Position numbers and translations under genes: made by a program
Assembly: GCA_902591485.1 (NCBI GenBank)
Contig: CACJAV010000001.1
Coordinates: 16,563-80,562, forward strand
Length of the DNA: 64,000 bases
Direction: 5' to 3'
Source of the DNA: an uncultured Alphaproteobacteria bacterium
GTDB taxonomy: Bacteria > Pseudomonadota > Alphaproteobacteria > HIMB59 > GCA-002718135
The notes under the pieces: model-generated
What the model saw: only the letters and a program-made list of their open reading frames with translations
Databases searched by the model: none
Told to the model about the DNA's origin: nothing
In this document: positions 58,001 to 64,000 of the stretch, one piece after another
Layout of the letters: every line of letters begins with the position of its first letter
How positions within the stretch are numbered: the stretch's first letter is position 1

Positions 58001-58079
58001 AATAAAATATCATATATTTTTTTTTCTTATCATATAAAGTAGAAAATATAATATTTTTTTAAAAAAAAAGGAGAAATTT

Positions 58080-58961
58080 ATGAGTAATGTAGGTTTTATT
58101 GGTGTTGGCACTATGGGTTGTCCAATGGCTTCAAATATAATTTCTAAAGGCAATAACCTGAATTTCTTCGATCCGTTTGTAATTAATGAAAATAGATCAA
58201 ATTTAGAGAAATTAGGAGCTAAATATTGCACTTCAATCAAAGAACTTTTGGAAGATAGAGACTTTATAATCACAATGCTCCCAAATGGTAATAATGTAAA
58301 AGAAGTATGCCTTAAAGAAGACGGACTTTTAAATCAAAATTATAAAAATTATATTTATATTGATATGAGTACTATTTTACCTGCAGACTCTATCCATATT
58401 AATGAGTCATTTAAATCTAAAAATATTACAATGTTTGATGCTCCAGTTGCACGTTTAGTTAATAATGCAATAGATGGCACTCTTTTGATTTTAGTTGGTG
58501 GAGATAAAAATAAATTTGAAACTGTAAAGCCTCTATTAGAAACAATGGGCAGTGATGTAATTTATTGTGGCTTAAACGGATCTGGAAGCAAGATGAAAAT
58601 CATAAATAATTATATGTCAATTGTTTCAAATATTGTAACTGCAGAAACTTTAACTTTAGTTGAAAAATATGGCATCGATTTAGAGCTTGCAATTAAATTA
58701 TTAAAAACGACAGCTGCAGGTAAAGGACATTTGAATGTTAGTTATCCTATGAAGGTATTAAAAAATGATGTTTCTCCAGGTTTCAAAAATACTTTAGCAT
58801 TAAAAGATTTAAAACTTGCGCTTGAGCAAGGCTCTATTGATGGAGTTGATTTGATTACTGGAAAAGCTGCTTTAAAAACTTACGAAGATGCAGAAAATAC
58901 AACTTATAAAGATTTAGATTGGACTTCAATGTTTAATTTTATTAAAGAAAAAAACAATTGA
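58080..58961 (+). CDS. NAD-dependent beta-hydroxyacid dehydrogenase (3-hydroxyisobutyrate / tartronate semialdehyde reductase family)
   Basis: 293 aa. VGFIGVGTMGCPMA, FDAPVARL, GSGSKMKIINNYM. Strong SD AAGGAG upstream. Confidence 0.8.
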   Translation: MSNVGFIGVGTMGCPMASNIISKGNNLNFFDPFVINENRSNLEKLGAKYCTSIKELLEDRDFIITMLPNGNNVKEVCLKEDGLLNQNYKNYIYIDMSTILPADSIHINESFKSKNITMFDAPVARLVNNAIDGTLLILVGGDKNKFETVKPLLETMGSDVIYCGLNGSGSKMKIINNYMSIVSNIVTAETLTLVEKYGIDLELAIKLLKTTAAGKGHLNVSYPMKVLKNDVSPGFKNTLALKDLKLALEQGSIDGVDLITGKAALKTYEDAENTTYKDLDWTSMFNFIKEKNN

Positions 58962-58979
58962 AATAATAAAAAAAAGAGT

Positions 58980-59345
58980 CTAAGCTTTTTTCCAAGGGCC
59001 AAAATCTTTATCATCAGTAATAAATTCATAACCAATAACTTCTTTCTCACCTACAACCCAAGCATCGTGGCCTGGTGCTAAAAAATAAGTATCTCCTTCA
59101 GTAAATTCCATTTCAGTTCCATCTTCGTGTTTAACATGCATTGTTCCCTGAGCTATTACACCTACATGACCAGCTTGGCATGTTTCTGTTCCAACTATTG
59201 GTTTTATGCAAGTTGACCATTTCCAACCGGGCTGAAGTACTGCTTTACTTAAAGTGACATTATTTAGTGTAACAGTTGATGAATGTGCTTTTTCAGGTGT
59301 TTTTATTTCACCCTCTGAAAATGATTTTTTCATAACATTGGACAT
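58980..59345 (-). CDS. cupin-domain protein
   Basis: 121 aa. GHVGVIAQGTMHVKHEDGTEMEFTEGDTYFLAPGHDAWVVG two-motif cupin pattern. Confidence 0.65.
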   Translation of the reverse strand: MSNVMKKSFSEGEIKTPEKAHSSTVTLNNVTLSKAVLQPGWKWSTCIKPIVGTETCQAGHVGVIAQGTMHVKHEDGTEMEFTEGDTYFLAPGHDAWVVGEKEVIGYEFITDDKDFGPWKKA

Positions 59346-59418
59346 AATTGCTCCTTTATTTTAAATTTTAAATTAACTAAAAATAATATAATAATTAATT
59401 AATATTATTTAAAGTCTC

Positions 59419-59925
59419 ATGTCTATTGTAATTAAAACCGAAAGACTAAATCTAAAAAAAATTGAACACAAAGATCTTAAAAATTTAGTAAATTGCTTAA
59501 ACAATTGGAATGTTGTAAAATGGTTGAGCAATGTTCCATATCCTTATACATTAAAAGATGCTGAAAAATGGTTAGATAAATCAACTAGAGAAGAATTAGC
59601 ATTAAATATTTATTTGAGAAATGATTTAATAGGTGGAATAACTATTGATAAACGAACTTCTAACAAGATTCCTGTTTTAGGTTATTGGCTTGGAGAACAA
59701 TACTGGGGAAGAGGGTATGCCTCAGAAGCATGCAATTCTCTTATCTCATATTTTTTCTTAAATCATTCTAATAATAAACTTTATGCTAGCCATATTTTTC
59801 AAAATGAAAAATCAAAAAAAATTTTATTAAGTTTAGGTTTTAATAAAGTTAGTACTGGTAAAGTTTTTTCATTATCAAAAAATATAGAAGTTGAAGATAT
59901 AAATTATGAATTGATTAACTCTTAG
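59419..59925 (+). CDS. GNAT-family N-acetyltransferase (RimJ/RimL-like)
   Basis: 168 aa. YWLGEQYWGRGYASEA acetyl-CoA-binding motif region. Confidence 0.8.
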   Translation: MSIVIKTERLNLKKIEHKDLKNLVNCLNNWNVVKWLSNVPYPYTLKDAEKWLDKSTREELALNIYLRNDLIGGITIDKRTSNKIPVLGYWLGEQYWGRGYASEACNSLISYFFLNHSNNKLYASHIFQNEKSKKILLSLGFNKVSTGKVFSLSKNIEVEDINYELINS

Positions 59926-59946
59926 ACTTTTAAAAAAAAGTCTAAG
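59921..59946. terminator. stem-loop between convergent genes (probable bidirectional terminator)
   Basis: Perfect 11-bp stem CTTAGACTTTT (59921-59931) / AAAAGTCTAAG (59936-59946), loop AAAA, followed by AAAATTTTTT. Includes the GNAT stop codon. Confidence 0.5.
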
Positions 59947-59954
59947 AAAATTTT

Positions 59955-60239
59955 TTAATTATTATGATTTAAAATTACATTACCAGTTTTTCCATCCATA
60001 GACTCGATAATGTCTTTATTTATATCCATTCTTTTTGATCTTGCAGCAGAAGCTCGTTCCATTGCATCATTATCAGCATATAGTGAAACAAACATTAGAG
60101 TTGTATCATCTACACGAACCTCTAATAATTGTTCAGCTTCAGCAAATTCAGTTGGTGCACTATTTTTATAAGTCTCTTCAACTTGGTCTGCACCTTCTTT
60201 CGATTTAAAATTTAAAGTTGTTATTCTTGCTACAGACAT
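59955..60239 (-). CDS. hypothetical 94-aa protein (possibly Dabb/ABM-like ferredoxin fold)
   Basis: I prefer the ATG at 60239 (MSVARITTLNF...), which is preceded by GGAGGTAAA, over the ORF-track start at 60278. The fold guess is weak. Confidence 0.5.
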   Translation of the reverse strand: MSVARITTLNFKSKEGADQVEETYKNSAPTEFAEAEQLLEVRVDDTTLMFVSLYADNDAMERASAARSKRMDINKDIIESMDGKTGNVILNHNN

Positions 60240-60346
60240 TTTACCTCCAATAAAGAGATCATAGTAGCTCATTGGCATTTATATACTAATTAATTTTTTC
60301 TTTTTATGCACAATTGTGATAATTAATCAAAGTTCTCATTTAAATC

Positions 60347-61519
60347 ATGAAAAAATATTTCTTCCATAATTCACCAATTTTGATGTTAGTTCTAATGTCA
60401 ATAGCAACGCCAATAGCATTTAATGGATGGTCGGCGTTATTAAATAATTTTGTAGTAGAAAGAGCTAAATTTACTGGAGTGGAAATTGGTATCTTGCAAA
60501 GTATAAGAGAAATTCCAGGTTTTTTAGCTTTTACAATTGTTTTTGTGTTGCTAATTATTAAAGAGCAATCTTTTTCTGTAATTGCATTAGCTTTAATGGG
60601 TTTAGGTGTAGCTATAACTGGCTATTTTCCAAGTGTATACGGTCTTTATTTTACAACAATAATTATGAGTACAGGTTTTCATTATTTTGAAACAGTAAAA
60701 AATTCATTGAGTCTTCAATGGTTATCCAAAGATGAAGCTCCTCAAGTATTGGGAAGACTTATAGCTGTAGGATCTATTACCTCTTTATTTTTATATGGAG
60801 CAATCTGGTGCTTTCTAGAAATATTTAAAATTGATTATATTTATATCTTTTTAATTTGTGGGGTAGTGTGCATGTGTATTGCGGTGTATTTGCAAATTGC
60901 CTTTCCTTTTTTTAAACCAATCAATACTCAACATAAAAATATAGTAATAAGAAAAAAATATATTCTTTATTATATTTTGATTTTTTTATCAGGTGCAAGA
61001 AGACAAATATTTATTGTTTTTGCAGCATTTCTAATGGTGGAAAAATTTAAATATAGTGCGTCTCAAGTGACGTTATTATTTTTAATTAATTATCTTTTTA
61101 ATTGGTTATTTGCTGAGAGAATAGGGAAGATCATTCATATTTTTGGTGAAAAGAAATCTCTTACATTCGAGTATGTAGGATTAATAATTGTTTTTATATC
61201 TTACGGTATTGTTACTAATGCTTACGTAGCTGCTTTTCTATATGTGATTGATCACATGTTTTTTGCTTTGGCTTTAGCTATAAATACTTACTTTCAAAAA
61301 ATTGCTGATCCAGAAGATATAGCAAGCTCAGCTGGTGTATCTTTCACAATAAATCATATTGCTGCTATATTCGTTCCAGTCCTATTAGGATTTTTATGGA
61401 TTTATTCTAACTCTCTTGTATTTTTTATAGGTGCTTTTTTTGCTTTGTTATCATTAATAGCAACACAGTTTATTCCATCAAATTTAAAAGAAATAAAATT
61501 AGTTGAAAATACTTTATAA
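60347..61519 (+). CDS. MFS-type transporter
   Basis: 390 aa, ~12 TM in two 6-TM halves separated by a basic loop (KNIVIRKK). Confidence 0.7.
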   Translation: MKKYFFHNSPILMLVLMSIATPIAFNGWSALLNNFVVERAKFTGVEIGILQSIREIPGFLAFTIVFVLLIIKEQSFSVIALALMGLGVAITGYFPSVYGLYFTTIIMSTGFHYFETVKNSLSLQWLSKDEAPQVLGRLIAVGSITSLFLYGAIWCFLEIFKIDYIYIFLICGVVCMCIAVYLQIAFPFFKPINTQHKNIVIRKKYILYYILIFLSGARRQIFIVFAAFLMVEKFKYSASQVTLLFLINYLFNWLFAERIGKIIHIFGEKKSLTFEYVGLIIVFISYGIVTNAYVAAFLYVIDHMFFALALAINTYFQKIADPEDIASSAGVSFTINHIAAIFVPVLLGFLWIYSNSLVFFIGAFFALLSLIATQFIPSNLKEIKLVENTL

Positions 61520-61520
61520 T

Positions 61521-61988
61521 TTACTCTTCATACGGCATTACTCGAATATCATTACCATAAATAATGACAACTCTCTGCCCATTTTCTAGAGGACTATCAC
61601 CCCCTTGAACAATTGCAGAATCTTTCTCATTATTATCGATATCAATAATATATTGAAATCCATCATGATCTCCTAATTTTGCTTGTGTGACACTTCCAAT
61701 TGCCGCCCCACCAATTGTTCCAAAAACAACTGCAATATCTTGGCACTTTGTGCCAACTATCTCTTCTTCCCCACAAACTGCTGTGCCAAGTAAACCACCA
61801 ATCATAGCTCCTGCTGTTGCACCAACCCAATTTGATTCACCTTTTATCTTTACTGGAGAAGATGATTTAATAAAGCCATATTCAATTGAAGTAACTTTTT
61901 GCGCGTCACTTGTTTTTACGTTTGTTGGTGATGTACTAGAACATGCATATAAAAATAGTATAAAAAAAACAGTCAATATTTTAATCAT
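61521..61988 (-). CDS. glycine-zipper outer-membrane-type lipoprotein (SlyB/17-kDa antigen-like)
   Basis: 155 aa. Lipobox LYAC. Glycine zippers GATAGAMIGGLLGTAV and FGTIGGAAIGSV. Confidence 0.65.
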   Translation of the reverse strand: MIKILTVFFILFLYACSSTSPTNVKTSDAQKVTSIEYGFIKSSSPVKIKGESNWVGATAGAMIGGLLGTAVCGEEEIVGTKCQDIAVVFGTIGGAAIGSVTQAKLGDHDGFQYIIDIDNNEKDSAIVQGGDSPLENGQRVVIIYGNDIRVMPYEE

Positions 61989-62124
61989 TTATTTTAACTC
62001 CCACTTCTTTATTAATTTTAAACTCAACATTACTTACTTTATTTTTATTATTTACATTATTACTAGTTGCATTCATTGAGCAGCCAAACAAGAATATAAT
62101 AAAAAAATATAAAATGTATTTCAT
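61981..62124 (-). CDS. possible 47-aa lipoprotein, below the ORF-track cutoff
   Basis: Hand translation: MKYILYFFIIFLFGCSMNATSNNVNNKNKVSNVEFKINKEVGVKIND. Lipobox LFGC. Its stop overlaps the start of the next lipoprotein gene (ATGATTAA). Confidence 0.35.
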   Translation of the reverse strand: MKYILYFFIIFLFGCSMNATSNNVNNKNKVSNVEFKINKEVGVKIND

Positions 62125-62154
62125 AATAAATTCAAAATTTGATAAAAATATGAC

Positions 62155-62757
62155 TTAATTCCATTTAATTTTAATCATAGCCTCATTTCTTCTTAGTATT
62201 GGTAATGTAAATGGCCCGTCAAAAGTAGCTTTAGTGCCATTATCTAACATTACAATTTTATCTTTTTCTAGATAATCTTTTAGTTCTGATAAGCGGTTTA
62301 AATAATTTTTATCAGAATTCCTTCCAGAATATTTAAGAACTGCGTAATAACCACCTTCAATAATGACTAATTTTACCCTTTTGTTTTTGGGAGTGGGGGC
62401 AGTATCAATTGTAAATTTAGATGGTAAGAAAAACTGCATTAACATTTTACCATCTTTATTAGATTGAGTTACAGGAGCAGTCATATCAATTTTAGCAGAT
62501 TGAGTTACAGGAGCAGTCATGCTTATTTTTTCTGATGTTGTATTTTCTCCTGAAATATAATTGAAGAGATAATTAAATCCTGAGTCTTCTGATCTAAATT
62601 CAACTTCTACTGCTAAACGATCATCATATTTTCGAATTTCATATCCTTCGTAGGATTTAATAATTTTATAAGCTGGTTCTTCTAATGCCATTGATAAGTT
62701 AGTATTAAATATTATAAATAAAGCAATGATTAAATAATATTTTGAATTTTTAATCAT
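62155..62757 (-). CDS. SOUL/HBP-family heme-binding-like protein, secreted
   Basis: 200 aa. Signal peptide, EEPAYKII..YEGYEIRKY start, MTAPV motifs, YYAVLKYSG, PFTLPILRRNE. Confidence 0.75.
   Translation of the reverse strand: MIKNSKYYLIIALFIIFNTNLSMALEEPAYKIIKSYEGYEIRKYDDRLAVEVEFRSEDSGFNYLFNYISGENTTSEKISMTAPVTQSAKIDMTAPVTQSNKDGKMLMQFFLPSKFTIDTAPTPKNKRVKLVIIEGGYYAVLKYSGRNSDKNYLNRLSELKDYLEKDKIVMLDNGTKATFDGPFTLPILRRNEAMIKIKWN
62461..62520 (-). repeat. perfect 24-nt repeat (period 36) inside the SOUL gene, encoding MTAPVTQS twice
   Basis: agattgagttacaggagcagtcat at 62461-62484 and at 62497-62520. Confidence 0.9.
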
Positions 62758-62800
62758 AGATTATTTATATAGTATAATTTAAATAAGTTTCAGCTTTTAA

Positions 62801-63205
62801 ATGATAAAAACTAACAATATTTTAATCTTACTAAATATTATTTTTCTACTTTATTATTCAATTCAGCTATTAATTTTTACGGATGAATTTTCAATTAGTA
62901 ACTTGGGTGCATTTAATCATGCTATTGCAGGTTTAAGTGAAATAATTGGAATTATTTTTTTTTCACTAGCACTATCTTTAATTATTATTATTAAAAATAA
63001 TATAAAAGGACAAATTCCAATATTTTTAACAATTTTTCTAATTCAATTATTAATATTTATAAATTTTTTGAGATACATATTTACGAATAGTCCAGGAGAA
63101 ACATCTATTGAAACTATAACTTTTAATGCTTTTATTTTTTTTATTGGTTTAATAGTAAGTATAATATTTCTTCTTAAGAATTTTAAAACTCTAAAGCAGT
63201 TTTAG
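62801..63205 (+). CDS. hypothetical 4-TM membrane protein
   Basis: 134 aa, very hydrophobic, no family recognised. 15-nt convergent overlap with the creatininase-family gene. Confidence 0.45.
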   Translation: MIKTNNILILLNIIFLLYYSIQLLIFTDEFSISNLGAFNHAIAGLSEIIGIIFFSLALSLIIIIKNNIKGQIPIFLTIFLIQLLIFINFLRYIFTNSPGETSIETITFNAFIFFIGLIVSIIFLLKNFKTLKQF

Positions 63206-63970
63206 CTCTTTTATAATTTTTTCAATTGTTGATATTGTAATTTTAGCTAATTTTTCACCTTTTAAAGAATTTGCATTTATGGGATTGCCAATTATTCCTG
63301 TTTTGCTAATATTCTCTGTATTCCATTGTAACTTCACATCTTTTTCATAACCAATTACATTTTTGCTTTTATAGTCTGGAGATAAACGGCCTTTTTTAAT
63401 TTTATTAATTCTTACATTTTCTTTATCTAAATAAAGCATTAAAGATGTTTCAAATTCCCCTCCATGATAACCATGAGATAGTTCATTAATAGAAATAATT
63501 TTTTCATACCCACTAAATAAGAAATAATTAGCTTTAATTATTTTTGATTTTTTAAATTTAGTTTTTAATTCTTTTGCAATTATTTCCATATGACTTGTTT
63601 GACCACCATGACTATTGATAAAAACAAATTTATAAAATTTCTTAGAAAAAATATTTTCTAAATAATTTATACAAAAATTTATGTAGTTTAATGAATTTAC
63701 AGTTAATGTTCCTTCAAAACTTGCATGTTCTGATGATGAGCCAATACTTAGATTAGGTAACACAACAAAATCTTTACTCTTGTTATTTTTTTGGCATAAT
63801 TTTTCTAAAATTTTATCTAGAATGATTTTATCTGTACCCAAAGGTAAATGGGGCCCATGTTGCTCAATTGCAGAAAAAGGAACTATAATTATTGTATTTC
63901 TCGATAATTTAGAAATATCTTCTGTTGTTAAATTGATCCAAAACTTTGTTCGCATTTTCCTATTATACAT
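63191..63970 (-). CDS. creatininase-family amidohydrolase
   Basis: 259 aa. PFSAIEQHGPHLPLGTD, NSHGGQ, HGGEFETS metal-ligand blocks. Confidence 0.8.
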   Translation of the reverse strand: MYNRKMRTKFWINLTTEDISKLSRNTIIIVPFSAIEQHGPHLPLGTDKIILDKILEKLCQKNNKSKDFVVLPNLSIGSSSEHASFEGTLTVNSLNYINFCINYLENIFSKKFYKFVFINSHGGQTSHMEIIAKELKTKFKKSKIIKANYFLFSGYEKIISINELSHGYHGGEFETSLMLYLDKENVRINKIKKGRLSPDYKSKNVIGYEKDVKLQWNTENISKTGIIGNPINANSLKGEKLAKITISTIEKIIKELKLL

Positions 63971-64000
63971 CTATATTAACCTTATGAAATCTCAATCTTT

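Noticed and set aside
61687-62079. 130-aa plus-strand ORF
   Set aside because: It is the antisense of the glycine-zipper lipoprotein gene. Its Pro/Ala/Ile-rich translation is the mirror of Gly/Ala codons. The minus-strand reading has a lipobox and glycine zippers.

Overview
This is a very AT-rich (roughly 30% G+C by eye, not computed), extremely gene-dense bacterial chromosome segment. About 75 credible CDS and 2 tRNAs sit in 64 kb. Intergenic spacers are mostly 0-60 nt, and many start/stop codons overlap. Gene content and synteny suggest a streamlined marine alphaproteobacterium of the SAR11/Pelagibacterales type; this is inference from sequence style, not verified. The supporting features are yajC-secD-secF, uvrA/ssb divergent, recG-sdhE-mfd, mltB-rlpA-dacA-tmk-holB-metG-tatD-MBL, a eukaryote-like BHMT, and five DMT/EamA permeases.

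Positions 1-31.7 kb are core housekeeping: Sec translocon, DNA repair and replication, cell-wall enzymes, tRNA-Lys and tRNA-Ser. Positions 31.7-64 kb are more accessory-like:
- 5-oxoprolinase pxpABC and SelO
- a phosphotransferase/GFA/2OG-oxygenase operon next to bhmt
- a TupA-like binding protein/DUF4198/HupE-like metal cluster
- OsmC-ECH-glpX and a MacAB-type efflux pump
- a minimal voltage-gated cation channel
- a GntR-associated small catabolic cluster
- periplasmic lipoproteins, a SOUL protein and a creatininase-family gene

I saw no rRNA, CRISPR array, transposase, integrase, prophage or recognisable defence genes. I cannot point to an unambiguous novel system. The best candidates for follow-up are:
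1. the binding-protein/DUF4198/extended-HupE module, which has no ABC components
2. the phosphotransferase-GFA-2OG oxygenase-BHMT methyl/C1 locus
3. the BacNav-like channel with a non-canonical TLSSWE filter and no C-terminal domain
4. the tandem small 2-Cys membrane proteins upstream of bcp

All functional calls rest on motif recognition by eye. No database search was run.
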